A stretch of DNA of 64,000 nt from Promethearchaeota archaeon (GCA_016839705.1 JAEOTR010000060.1:77659-141658), one strand, 5' to 3'; shown: positions 49,583 to 60,011, counted from the first letter of the stretch. Numbers and translations are program-made. The notes: generated from the letters alone by a model not told the origin.

Positions 49583-51022
49583 TTAATGATTTTTTTTATT
49601 ACTCTTCTCCTTTTCTTTCAAGTATACCTCATAGAACCAATTAACGATATATTGATAAAAAAATCGTTCTCGCAAAACATCATAGTGTGATTTTCCCTTT
49701 AAACTTGTCAGTTTTGCTATATCTTCAGATTTGATTTTCCCTTTTTCTACTAATTCCATTCGAGTTATAAATTGATCTTTTAGTTTGATTTTTCTTAAAA
49801 TTTGGGTAACAGCTTTAGAAATTTTTTCTATAATTTCTTCTAATTCAATAGTTTTTATTTGTTGGAAACCATCAATCTGGTATAACTCGTATCTAATTTT
49901 CTTTAAAATTGAATTCTTATCATAGAAATTAACTATTTCCTTATTACTAAGAAAATCAGATAAAAATTCAATTATTCTCTTTCTAAGGTCAAGCTTTATA
50001 TCTAAATTTGATAACTCCTTCTCTAATTTATTCAAGAATTTATTTCTTAAAAATTGTTTAAATTTAATTATGATCGCTTCAGATTCTTTCTGATCTGAGC
50101 ATATTTCAATGATTTCTCCTTTAGGAGTAGAATAAGTAAAACCCAAACCTTGCGGTCCTAAACCTCCAAGAAGAACCATAGAAATACTATAAAAATTATA
50201 GTTATCATTGGCCGTTATATTATCTATATTTTTAAAAATATTCTCTGGTGCAACAAAGTGTTTTTTTACTTCTTGATACTCATGATTCTCTTCAGCATCA
50301 TAATAAATCGTTTTATAAATTACATTAAATTCAATAAATTTCTTTTTTTTATAATTAGCATTTTTTTGTAAACTAATCTCTTGGTTTTTTAACGAGTGGT
50401 AATACTGCTTAAATGTCTCAATGAATTGCTTTTGAGAGCTTAAATATCTCACACTTAATCCATATATTGTATATTGGTTAAAAAAATGGTTCTTAATATA
50501 GTATAATAATGCTTCTCTATCAGGGAAGTATTCATTTGGTCTACTCATAAAATAGTTGTAGAGAACTCGAGGTAATCCTAAGTATACATAAGAAATGAAA
50601 GAATCTGATATACTACCAAATAAATCAACTAAGTTTCCAATAAATAAATTATCATTTTTGATTTTACCAATTAATTTTCTTTCATCTTCATTTAATTCTT
50701 TTTCAAATAAATTAAACTCATTACAAAATCTTAGAATATCGATTTGATCCCCAAGTGCTGAAGTTTGGTATTCTGTTGAAACTCTTTCATAACAATCTAA
50801 GATTAATTTTGAAATTAACTCGATTCGATTAGGGATGTTTTTTACCTCAATAAATATATTAAAATCAACTGAAGCGTTGAATAACTTTCTGAAACTATCA
50901 AAATATCCTTTTCTCAGACAATTTGCTAACCCTTTATAATAATTTCTTTCAAGAGATTCTTTATCTTTCGAAACTGAAATCTTGATTTTAAGGTTATTAA
51001 ATATTTGATCTGAATTGGTCAT
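49583..51022 (-). CDS. Hypothetical protein
   Basis: 479-aa ORF with a conserved-looking core LGGLGPQGLGFTYSTPKGEIIEICSD. Confidence 0.75.
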   Translation of the reverse strand: MTNSDQIFNNLKIKISVSKDKESLERNYYKGLANCLRKGYFDSFRKLFNASVDFNIFIEVKNIPNRIELISKLILDCYERVSTEYQTSALGDQIDILRFCNEFNLFEKELNEDERKLIGKIKNDNLFIGNLVDLFGSISDSFISYVYLGLPRVLYNYFMSRPNEYFPDREALLYYIKNHFFNQYTIYGLSVRYLSSQKQFIETFKQYYHSLKNQEISLQKNANYKKKKFIEFNVIYKTIYYDAEENHEYQEVKKHFVAPENIFKNIDNITANDNYNFYSISMVLLGGLGPQGLGFTYSTPKGEIIEICSDQKESEAIIIKFKQFLRNKFLNKLEKELSNLDIKLDLRKRIIEFLSDFLSNKEIVNFYDKNSILKKIRYELYQIDGFQQIKTIELEEIIEKISKAVTQILRKIKLKDQFITRMELVEKGKIKSEDIAKLTSLKGKSHYDVLRERFFYQYIVNWFYEVYLKEKEKSNKKNH

Positions 51023-51093
51023 ATAATTACAGGGGGATGGAAGTTATTAGAAATTATAATTTCTTATACTAATTTAAATCTGCTTAAAAACCT

Positions 51094-51465
51094 TTAATCT
51101 AATAATTCAGCTATTTTGTTTGAAACACTTTGAATATTTAAGAAGACCATTCCAAGTGAAGCCTCGCTTTTAGCTAAGGTACATAAAATGGCGTTTTCGC
51201 CAGCCTTTGAGAGTATTATAATACCATCAACACCCTCTATGAGAATACGCTTCAAATCTCCTCGTGCCAACTCCTCAACGGCACGTTCGGATACACTTAA
51301 AATCGCAGCACTCATTGCACTTACTATCCCATCATTCACATCCCTTGCAAGCGCACTACATATCGGAAGGCCTTGAACACTCACTATTGCTGAACCTTGA
51401 ATATTAGGATTAACGGCTTCCATTTCTCGTAAAAGTTCGGTAAGTTCAGCGATGTTTTCACTCAA
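51094..51465 (-). CDS. Roadblock/LC7 (MglB-like) domain protein
   Basis: IQGSAIVSVQGLPI, SAMSAAILSVSERAVEEL, ILIEGVDG, SLGMVF. Confidence 0.92.
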   Translation of the reverse strand: MSENIAELTELLREMEAVNPNIQGSAIVSVQGLPICSALARDVNDGIVSAMSAAILSVSERAVEELARGDLKRILIEGVDGIIILSKAGENAILCTLAKSEASLGMVFLNIQSVSNKIAELLD

Positions 51466-51623
51466 AGAATAATCAACTTGAATAAATAAGTGCTTAATAT
51501 TCTAATAAGAAAATTATATTATAAAATTATTTTTATTTTTGATCTAATTTTAATTTTCACTTTAATATTAAAGTTAATTCATATTTAAAAAATATTTTTA
51601 TCGAAGTCATATTAGTAAATTTA

Positions 51624-52610
51624 ATGACTGAGAATCAAAAAACAAATAATGAAACCCAAAAAACTCAAGAAGAAAAAGGAAATGAAGAGTTAGAAAAGGA
51701 AGAAGAGGAAAAATTAAAAATCGAGTCATTAAGAAAAGCGGGAAAAATAGCTCAAGATGTGAAAAATTATATAAAGCCGAAAATCAAAGCGGGTGCTAAA
51801 GTATTAGATATCGTTTCCACAACTGAAGCTAAAATTGAAGAGTTAAACGGATTATGCGCATTTCCAGTAAATCTATGTATAAATAATATCGCAGCCCACT
51901 ATACATCTCCCCTAAAAGATGATGGTCTATTAATTAAAGAGGGAGATCTAGTTAAAATTGATTTGGGTGTACATATTAAAGGGTATATTGTTGATACTGC
52001 CTTTTCTGTTAATCTCAGTGAAAATAATGCACTTGAAAATATAACCCAAGCCACTGAGGTAGCATTAGATGCCGCAAAAATGATTGTAAAACCGAAAGTA
52101 AATACAAAAGATATAGGAAAAAAGATTGAAGGCATTGTGAAGGGATTCAACTATAACCCCATAAAAGAACTAGGTGGTCATCAAATTGAGAGATGGACGG
52201 TTCATGGGAAAAAACAATTACCAGAGTTAGGCTCTCAAGGAGGAGATATAATGGAGGAGGGGGAAATATTTTCCATAGAAATATTTGCAAGCACAGGTGT
52301 AGGTTCAGTCCATAATACCCAATATTCACATATCTATGAGCTAAATCCATATTCAGGAAGAGTTCCTTTACGTAGAAAGACTTCGAAGCAGCTACTAGGT
52401 TTCATTAATAAAAATTATAAAACTTTACCATTTGCGGAAAGATGGTTAGCAAAAGAGTTTAGAATGGGAATTGCATTTGGTTTACAAGAATTAGTACAAC
52501 AAGGGAAATTACAAGCTCACTTTGTATTGTCAGAGAAGAAAGGGATTTTTGTGGCCCAAATAGAAGAAACAGTTTTAGTTACCGAAGATGGGTATGAACT
52601 ACTAACTTAA
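51624..52610 (+). CDS. map: Methionine aminopeptidase type 2
   Basis: AFPVN, AAHYT, KIDLGVHIKGYIVDTAF, GGHQI, IEIFAS, helical insert with LPFAERW. Confidence 0.95.
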   Translation: MTENQKTNNETQKTQEEKGNEELEKEEEEKLKIESLRKAGKIAQDVKNYIKPKIKAGAKVLDIVSTTEAKIEELNGLCAFPVNLCINNIAAHYTSPLKDDGLLIKEGDLVKIDLGVHIKGYIVDTAFSVNLSENNALENITQATEVALDAAKMIVKPKVNTKDIGKKIEGIVKGFNYNPIKELGGHQIERWTVHGKKQLPELGSQGGDIMEEGEIFSIEIFASTGVGSVHNTQYSHIYELNPYSGRVPLRRKTSKQLLGFINKNYKTLPFAERWLAKEFRMGIAFGLQELVQQGKLQAHFVLSEKKGIFVAQIEETVLVTEDGYELLT

Positions 52611-52621
52611 ACAAAGTAGAA

Positions 52622-53761
52622 TTGATAACTATCTTTAACTTTGTGATAATGATGAAAAAATTGAATATATGCCTTGTTTCTTTAACTATCGCTCCAGATA
52701 GTCAAGATGGGGCAGGAAAAGCGTTCAGAGGTTTGTTTGATTATCTTAGAAAGCAAGGTCATAAAGTTAAACTGGTCACAGGAAAATGGAATATAGATCT
52801 CAATGATCCTGATATTATTCAGTTTGATTTAATACGAAAACGCTTTCTCTGGGCACCACATTTTTTAATAAAGGCAGTTAAATATATAAATAGTCATGAT
52901 TTTGATATCATTCACGGAAATGCCCCTAAAGGCACTTTACCTGTAATTTTATCTAAGAAAAAAAAGTTTATAACTACTATTCATGACTTAGGCCCATTTG
53001 AAACCACTTTTACAACAATACCAATTGAAAGAAATTTACTCAAGTTGGCTGTAAATAGAGCATCAATTATAACAACTGTATCTAATTTCATTAAAAGAGA
53101 AATAAAGTATTACATTCCAAAAACAAATAAGGATAAAATTTATATACATTACAATGGTATTGATGAAAAATTTAAGCCTTATCCCAATGAAGCAAAGAAA
53201 TTAAAGGAGAAATTAAAAATTGATGGTCCAATACTATTGTTTATTGGAAGAGTTGCTTTTTATAAAGGAGTGGATGATATCATTACAGCATACCAAATTG
53301 CAAAAAAATCTATACCCGATCTTAACTTTGTTATAGGAGGTACACCTGATTTCCAGATGGAAAAAAAATATCAGGAATGGAAAACCAAATATAGAGATAT
53401 TCATTTTGTTGGTTTTGTAGAAGAAGGAGAGTTACCATATTACTATTCTATGGGTGACGTTTTTGTTACATATTCATTTGCTTCTGAAGGATTTGGATTA
53501 ACACCTATTGAAGCAATTGCTTGTGGGACTCCTGTTATTTGTTCTTCAATGATTGCTTACAAAGAAATTTTGCAGGATAATGCGATATTTGTCCCCCCAA
53601 AAAGTCCCTCTCTATTAGCCCAAGAAATTATCAATTTATTGAAAGACAAGTCAAAAAAAATTGATTTAATGGACAATGCTCAAAAGTTTATAAAGAGATA
53701 TTCATGGAATTCTGTGGGGGAAAAACTTGAAAAAATTTATAATAAATTCTTAAATTTATGA
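52622..53761 (+). CDS. Glycosyltransferase family 4
   Basis: TIHD, YNGID, FIGRVAFYKG, EGFGLTPIEAIACGTPVI; start probably at MMKK (about 52649). Confidence 0.92.
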   Translation: MITIFNFVIMMKKLNICLVSLTIAPDSQDGAGKAFRGLFDYLRKQGHKVKLVTGKWNIDLNDPDIIQFDLIRKRFLWAPHFLIKAVKYINSHDFDIIHGNAPKGTLPVILSKKKKFITTIHDLGPFETTFTTIPIERNLLKLAVNRASIITTVSNFIKREIKYYIPKTNKDKIYIHYNGIDEKFKPYPNEAKKLKEKLKIDGPILLFIGRVAFYKGVDDIITAYQIAKKSIPDLNFVIGGTPDFQMEKKYQEWKTKYRDIHFVGFVEEGELPYYYSMGDVFVTYSFASEGFGLTPIEAIACGTPVICSSMIAYKEILQDNAIFVPPKSPSLLAQEIINLLKDKSKKIDLMDNAQKFIKRYSWNSVGEKLEKIYNKFLNL

Positions 53762-53782
53762 AAACTTCTTTTATTTAACTTA

Positions 53783-54907
53783 CTACTTCTTACTTAACAG
53801 TTTATTTTTCACAAAGTTAAAACAAATTTCTATAGGATTTTCAAACTTACTTATTTTCTCTCTGAATATTTCAACTTGAAATCTTCCTGAAGAAGGGCCG
53901 TTATTGAGTATTCTGATTGCACTTTCAATTATTTTATGATTTTCTCTAATATGTTCTAACGGAAATCCATTCTTTATCAAGAAATTCTCTTGAGGTGCTG
54001 AATCACCCGGGAAGAATTCTATACTAGGAACATTTAACAAGCTTGATTCCCTTACTATGGTTCCACCACCACTAATTATTAAAGCACCATAAAAACATAG
54101 ATCAACAATATCTGGTAAATATTGGGTTACTAAGATATTTTTCTCCTCCTTAAATTCTTTTAACTTTTTTAAGAGGAACTGTTTTTGTTTATCCGAACGG
54201 ACTAAGAGGAGATATTTATAATTTGGAAACTCTCTAATAATGTCTGGAAGGAATTCGCTTATCATAGTTTCATCGGGTTTGAGTTTGTTAATAAAATAAC
54301 TAGCATGAACTGGTTCGGTTCTAATTAGGAGGTATTTACCCTTATCTAAGTCAAATTTATCAAGAATTTTAGGATTAGGAACATATTCTGAGAGCCAAGC
54401 AATTTCATCTAATCCATTATATCGAATAATTTTTTCAGGATCAGCGTACAGACGAGTATACCACTCTAAGGGAATGCATTCCGGGGTAATAATATTATCT
54501 ATAAATGGGTGAAGCAATTTACACACAGGTTCATTGCGTGGTTCATCATTAATACCAATTGAAGGAATTTGTAGACCATAAGCGATTCTAGTACCTTCTA
54601 TGGATAAAAATGTTACAAAATATTCTGGTGAAAATTCTTTTACTAGAGGAAAAAGATCTTTTAAGCGATCTATATAAGTATCTAATTTATTAACTAGTTT
54701 TTCTCCACCATGTTTGCCAATCTTCTTATAACTAACATTATTATCATCTAAAATCTGACAGGTCGCATCATAATCTCTTGCAGTTATCAATAGATTCGAT
54801 TCTTCATTTTCAAATCTTTTTATTAGTGATTGAAACATTATAGCAGTTTTCGATTGTTCAATATCAATCCAAATTTTCTTGTTACATAAACTCATAATTT
54901 TTTCCAA
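53783..54907 (-). CDS. DUF354 family GT-B-fold protein
   Basis: KIWIDI, ITARDY, IGKHGG, GGGTIVRESSLLNVPSI. Confidence 0.8.
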   Translation of the reverse strand: MEKIMSLCNKKIWIDIEQSKTAIMFQSLIKRFENEESNLLITARDYDATCQILDDNNVSYKKIGKHGGEKLVNKLDTYIDRLKDLFPLVKEFSPEYFVTFLSIEGTRIAYGLQIPSIGINDEPRNEPVCKLLHPFIDNIITPECIPLEWYTRLYADPEKIIRYNGLDEIAWLSEYVPNPKILDKFDLDKGKYLLIRTEPVHASYFINKLKPDETMISEFLPDIIREFPNYKYLLLVRSDKQKQFLLKKLKEFKEEKNILVTQYLPDIVDLCFYGALIISGGGTIVRESSLLNVPSIEFFPGDSAPQENFLIKNGFPLEHIRENHKIIESAIRILNNGPSSGRFQVEIFREKISKFENPIEICFNFVKNKLLSKK

Positions 54908-54990
54908 AAACTAAAACTTATTCTTGTGTTTTTACCTAAAAATTCAGTTATTTTTTTAAAAATTTTAGCGGTTTATAGAATTTTCTATAA

Positions 54991-55317
54991 TTAAGAGATA
55001 TTATTTTCTTTTGGCTTCAAATTTAATTTCCCACAAATACAAGGATTAGATTCGCATTTTGCACACATATTAGGATATTTATCATATAAGGAATGTTCAA
55101 GGTCAATTTCTAATAAATTAGCTAAAGATGTTGTCCATGCAATAATATCCGCTATTTCTTCAGATGCATTATCTGAATCAATTTCCTGATTCTTTAAAAT
55201 ATGCGCTAATTCACCTATTTCCTCTATTAACCACGTAAATGTTTTATGAATTCCCCTTTTTTGATCTTGTTCAAAATATAGGTTTTTTATTAGTTTCTGA
55301 AATTCAGATATTTTCAT
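54991..55317 (-). CDS. MazG-like nucleotide pyrophosphohydrolase
   Basis: WLIEEIGEL, EEIADIIAW, KYP...CxxC...PCxC. Confidence 0.88.
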   Translation of the reverse strand: MKISEFQKLIKNLYFEQDQKRGIHKTFTWLIEEIGELAHILKNQEIDSDNASEEIADIIAWTTSLANLLEIDLEHSLYDKYPNMCAKCESNPCICGKLNLKPKENNIS

Positions 55318-55363
55318 TTAAAATAAATAAGAAGGTAAATTAATAATAAATTAGAATTAACGG

Positions 55364-55585
55364 TTACCCCCCACCTGGTGTAAAAAGCCAGTTGAAAACT
55401 CCTACATGTGCTAATATTACTAACATTATTAATGCTACTGATAAAATTATCGTACTGATAGGTCCAACTTTAATACCAATTGAACTATCTTCAAAAAATC
55501 TCATTAAACCAGCGCCTCCCATAGGCATAGGGGCACTTCCACTTCTTCTTTTTTTACGTCTAGATTGAGAGCTACGAGTTGACAT
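55364..55585 (-). CDS. secG: Protein translocase subunit Sec61beta
   Basis: Basic N-terminus, GAGLMRFFEDS-GIKVGP, single C-terminal TM helix ending in H. Confidence 0.9.
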   Translation of the reverse strand: MSTRSSQSRRKKRRSGSAPMPMGGAGLMRFFEDSSIGIKVGPISTIILSVALIMLVILAHVGVFNWLFTPGGG

Positions 55586-55739
55586 TATTAATAAAACCTG
55601 GGGCAGTATGTTTTATATTATGCATTAATACATGAAAAAATATAAAATTTTATCTCAATATTTAAAAATTAAGTTTTAATAAATTTTTATATGTTATTTT
55701 AATTATTCCTAGATAATTTGTAAAAGATAAGTTAGAATA

Positions 55740-57590
55740 ATGTCAAAGAGAAAAAGCCTTATTATTATTTTTATTGGATTTCTAATATTCAATATTACTA
55801 TTTCCTTTATCACTACTCCTAATGACTTAAGCTATAATAACCAACAGACTATAGACAAACCAAAAACTGCTGCAGATTTGGTAGGTGCCGAAAATATTAT
55901 AATTACAGAAACTTCTAGACAGGCTCACATGGAGATTTATGGTTTGATCTCTATATCTGATGAGTTAACTATAAAAAACTTAAATGATAACCCAGTAAGT
56001 TCAATCTTAATCGGAATCCCATTAAGTGATATAGATTATTTAGTCTTTTTTGAAAGTGAAGGACCTTATGAAACCACATTATTTACTGAGCGTTTATTTA
56101 TGATAATTGATGAATTTGAAATGTTAGCTATCTATTTTAATTCTCCCATATTACCACATCAATCAATTACTATTACATTTGAACATATTTACAAGGATCT
56201 AATTAAATATAACTGGTATGAAGGTGCCCAGATTGTTTTTTATAAGAGTTTTACTTTTCCTATATTACCTTATCGAATGGAAGGCAAAATCGAAAGTGTT
56301 TATTACACACCCCAATCAGCTGATGAGGTCGATGGAGGATGGGGATTCCATAACCCGGGAATTTTTGCTGTACAATATTTATTTGATGAAATAAAAGCTG
56401 AAATTGGAGCTAATTATATCACACCATTCTTAGATAATTTAAATGATAAAAAAAATATGGAAGTCGGATACAATCTTAAGGAAGGCTCAAAAATTGAGAT
56501 AGAGGAAATAACTAGAGATATATTAATTTCACCATGGGGTACCATAAGAGTAAAAGAGAACATTATGATAACAAATTTAGGATTTAAAGAGTTTCGAGAT
56601 GTTTCATTTAATATCCCTCAACAAGCAATAGGAGTTTATGTATCTGATGTTTTTGGGGAAATATTAGGTACAACAATTCAACCACTTGCAGACTCAGAAT
56701 ATAAAAAACTTAATATTAACTTATTAACAAATCGCGTACTTTTGCTACCCAATTCTTCGTTTCTGTTTAATATTGAATATCATCTACCTTTTGAGAATTA
56801 TTTCTCAATGAATTGGTTTCAAGAATCAATTGAAATCGATATATTTACCACTATTTATGAATATTTGGGAAGACAACAAACTATTAAAATAAATATTGAA
56901 GGTTGTTACAGCATTGATCATATTACCGATCCTCCTGTATCTATTAAAAAATCTCAAGGAGCTACAACATTGGTTTATACATCTGAAGATGTTACTTTTG
57001 ATTTAAGAAAAGTGATCCAATTCACCTTTACTATTGATCTATTCGATTTGTTTTTAAGACCTACTCTTATTATACTAATAATCGCATTAATAGGTTCAAT
57101 TTATGTGCTATCTATAAAAACTAGAAAGAAAGAATTTGATACCGAGATATTAAAAAAGGAATTCATCCCTGTGAATGAAATAAGAGAATTCTGCGCTTTA
57201 TTTGAAGAAAAAAATGCTTTAACTTTAGAGATTAGGCTAACAGAAGAAGATACTAAACGAAAAAAAATTGCTAAAAAGAATTTTAAAAATATATTTAATA
57301 AAAATACATCAAAAATAGAAAATATCCAACAAGAAATTATCCCATTCAAAAAAGTTTTAACACAAACTGGTGAGATTTTCGAAAGTATCATTAATAAGTT
57401 AGATATCCTAGAGGCTGAGCGAATTAGTATTAAAGATAGCTTGAATCTTTTAGAATCTCGATATAAGAGAGGAAGATTACCCTCCAGAGCTGCATTTTTA
57501 AAATTATCGAATGATTTCAAGAAGAGAAGGAAAAAAATAGATAGATCTATTGACAAATTAATTCAACAATTAAGGAGTTATCTTTTATAA
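55740..57590 (+). CDS. Ribophorin I (OST1/RPN1)-like protein
   Basis: Signal anchor, two beta-rich lumenal lobes (ITRDILISPWGTIRVKENI, VSDVFGEI), one TM helix, cytoplasmic helical bundle. Confidence 0.7.
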   Translation: MSKRKSLIIIFIGFLIFNITISFITTPNDLSYNNQQTIDKPKTAADLVGAENIIITETSRQAHMEIYGLISISDELTIKNLNDNPVSSILIGIPLSDIDYLVFFESEGPYETTLFTERLFMIIDEFEMLAIYFNSPILPHQSITITFEHIYKDLIKYNWYEGAQIVFYKSFTFPILPYRMEGKIESVYYTPQSADEVDGGWGFHNPGIFAVQYLFDEIKAEIGANYITPFLDNLNDKKNMEVGYNLKEGSKIEIEEITRDILISPWGTIRVKENIMITNLGFKEFRDVSFNIPQQAIGVYVSDVFGEILGTTIQPLADSEYKKLNINLLTNRVLLLPNSSFLFNIEYHLPFENYFSMNWFQESIEIDIFTTIYEYLGRQQTIKINIEGCYSIDHITDPPVSIKKSQGATTLVYTSEDVTFDLRKVIQFTFTIDLFDLFLRPTLIILIIALIGSIYVLSIKTRKKEFDTEILKKEFIPVNEIREFCALFEEKNALTLEIRLTEEDTKRKKIAKKNFKNIFNKNTSKIENIQQEIIPFKKVLTQTGEIFESIINKLDILEAERISIKDSLNLLESRYKRGRLPSRAAFLKLSNDFKKRRKKIDRSIDKLIQQLRSYLL

Positions 57591-57617
57591 AGCATTCTCT
57601 GTTGTGTGTTTGAGATT

Positions 57618-58241
57618 ATGAAACCATGGTTATTTGATATATTAGCATGTCCTATTGATAAGTCCTTCCCCTTAGAATTATATATTTTTTCCTATGATAC
57701 TAAATCAGAAGATTTTCAAAAACTTATTGAAATATACAAGAAAAGAGATTTAGAAATTATTAAAGCAGAAAAAATCATCAAAATTTCAAGAGAAGAGGAC
57801 ACAGTCTTTTTAAACGATAATATTGTTATGGAAAAAACTCAGCTTAAAACCTATCTTAACATAATCATATCCAGTATAAATGAATTAAACAATATATCCG
57901 ATAAGACATCGAATAACTTGAGTAATAAATGTTTTGATTTAATTAAATCAGAGGTTAAATCTAACATTAGAGATTTCTTAGAAAATATCAATAATGATAA
58001 GATTGAAGAAATTTTTCCAGAATTGTTTTTCTTGAATAAAATTAAATTAGAAACAGAAATCTCTTCAGGACTTCTATTTTGTAAAACATGTTTTCGATGG
58101 TATCCAATAATTGACTCTATACCACAAATGCTTCCCGATGAATATAGAGATGAAAAAAACGAAATTAACTTTCTTCAAACCAACAAAAATTTAATGGATG
58201 AAAAATTTTTTAAACAAGAATTAAAGCCATACAATCTTTAA
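57618..58241 (+). CDS. Trm112-family methyltransferase activator with large internal insertion
   Basis: MKPWLFDILACPIDK...GLLFCKTCFRWYPIIDSIPQMLPDE. Confidence 0.85.
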   Translation: MKPWLFDILACPIDKSFPLELYIFSYDTKSEDFQKLIEIYKKRDLEIIKAEKIIKISREEDTVFLNDNIVMEKTQLKTYLNIIISSINELNNISDKTSNNLSNKCFDLIKSEVKSNIRDFLENINNDKIEEIFPELFFLNKIKLETEISSGLLFCKTCFRWYPIIDSIPQMLPDEYRDEKNEINFLQTNKNLMDEKFFKQELKPYNL

Positions 58242-58262
58242 TAATTAATAAATCAAGAATTA

Positions 58263-58393
58263 AGCCCGGTAGTGTAGGATAATACAAAAAATTGTATTAT
58301 ACAGAATGGACAAGCATTTAGGGCTTTGAACCCTGAGACCACGGTTCGAAAATTTACGAATTCGTTCGTCAATCGAAAATCCGTGCCGGGCTA
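58263..58393 (+). tRNA. tRNA-Gln(UUG) with two introns (58278-58306 at 15/16; 58351-58379 at 59/60)
   Basis: Acceptor AGCCCGG/CCGGGCT, anticodon arm TAGGG-CT-TTG-AA-CCCTG, T stem CACGG/CCGTG; removing both hairpin introns restores GTGTAGTGGACAAGCAT and TTCGAAT; CCA not encoded. Confidence 0.92.
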
Positions 58394-58401
58394 TTTTTTT
58401 T
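58394..58401 (+). terminator. Oligo-T terminator after the tRNA
   Basis: T8 run directly after the discriminator base. Confidence 0.6.
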
Positions 58402-58626
58402 ACAACATTAGCAAGAATTTTAATATTCTAAAAACCAACAACTTTAATTTTTAAACTTAAAGCGTTAGCTATTTTCAACATAGTGTATAATAAAAGATCG
58501 AATCTTCTTCTTTTTTTTTTAAGTTGAGAATAAAAATAAAAAATTATAATACATCAAATATTTTTTTTTTCATTCGTAAACTTTGATTATTGATAATTTT
58601 ATTGTATAAAAATATTCCATTCAAAT

Positions 58627-59994
58627 ATGATTCCTTTATCAGATTTAAACTGGGGTTTCTTTGAAATTTTTGGTTTAGTTGTTATTTTTATAATAGGTTT
58701 TTTAGTTACCTATCTCATCTTACCTTATATTGTAAAATTTATGAAGACAAGAAAATATGTGGGGTATGACATTCATAAAAACTCACGGCCCGAAGTTGCG
58801 GAATCTGGCGGGCTTAGTATTGTAATTGGATTTGGGGTTACATCAATACTTTTGATGATTTTCTTTCCTGTTTTCCTAAATGAAATCCTTATTTTCCTAT
58901 TTACAGTTTTGTTAGCTGGTATCATTGGTTATATTGATGATAGAAAAAAACTTAGATCACGAAATAAAATCTTACTCTCAATCTTTTCTGGAACCGTGAT
59001 TTTTCTTGCAAACTTATTTGGATTTGTCAATATTGCTTCACCTACGATTCCTATTCTTGACCAGACTAGATTAACTATTATTTATCCATTCCTAATTCCT
59101 ATTCTCATTGCAATTTTTACAAATACAGTAAATATGTTAGAGGGATATAATGGTGAGGGTTCTGGTACATGTTTAATTGCGATAATTTTTCTCTTTATAT
59201 GCGCTCTTATCTGGAATTCTACTCAAGGAGTTATTTTTACAATTCCAGTTATAGCAATTTTAATCCCTTTTTATATTTACAATAGATATCCTGCTAAAGT
59301 TTTTCCAGGAGATATCGGAACTTTAAGTATGGGTGCTATTATTGCGTGTATCATGTTATTTGGTTCACTTGAAGTTGCGACGTTTTGCGCCATATTAATT
59401 CATGTAATTAATAGTTTTTATGTAATTTATTCTGTCCGAGGCTTTCTTGAAAGTGATACTATTAGAGAAAAGAAGGATGATATTATACTACTTGAAGATG
59501 ATCGAATTAAAGCATCCGATCAGAAAGAGGCAGCGTTAACTTTACCAAGGTTAATTTTAGCAAAAGGGCCTTTAAGAGAACCAGAATTAGTTAAAAATTT
59601 TTATATAATTTCTATAATATGTGGAATTTTAGCTATACTCTCAGTTGTTTTTACACAATTTACTATGGGTACTATAGATATTACCATATTAATTATTACT
59701 ATTATCATCATTACTGCTCCAATCTCGTATCTTTTATACAAATTCAATAGAATAAGAGGAGTAATTGCATTAATGATTATACTCCTAATTATGGGAGTAA
59801 TTTTTCTTATTATAGTAGAATATGTTATTTTTCCATTGCCTCTTCCTATTATTACCTTAGGAACCATTGAAATTCCTACTAATCTAATTTTTATTTTGCT
59901 TATTTGTATTGCAGGTTTTATTGTGTGGTATTATATAACTATCAAATATTTTTGGAAGCAAATTTATAAAATGAAAATCAAGAAATCTGAATAA
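58627..59994 (+). CDS. aglH: UDP-GlcNAc:dolichol-phosphate GlcNAc-1-phosphotransferase (AglH/Alg7, MraY superfamily)
   Basis: GYDIHK, VAESGG, GYIDD, NTVNMLEGYNG, YPAKVFPGDIGT; extra C-terminal TM helices. Confidence 0.85.
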   Translation: MIPLSDLNWGFFEIFGLVVIFIIGFLVTYLILPYIVKFMKTRKYVGYDIHKNSRPEVAESGGLSIVIGFGVTSILLMIFFPVFLNEILIFLFTVLLAGIIGYIDDRKKLRSRNKILLSIFSGTVIFLANLFGFVNIASPTIPILDQTRLTIIYPFLIPILIAIFTNTVNMLEGYNGEGSGTCLIAIIFLFICALIWNSTQGVIFTIPVIAILIPFYIYNRYPAKVFPGDIGTLSMGAIIACIMLFGSLEVATFCAILIHVINSFYVIYSVRGFLESDTIREKKDDIILLEDDRIKASDQKEAALTLPRLILAKGPLREPELVKNFYIISIICGILAILSVVFTQFTMGTIDITILIITIIIITAPISYLLYKFNRIRGVIALMIILLIMGVIFLIIVEYVIFPLPLPIITLGTIEIPTNLIFILLICIAGFIVWYYITIKYFWKQIYKMKIKKSE

Positions 59995-60011
59995 AATTAA
60001 AGGTCAATATT

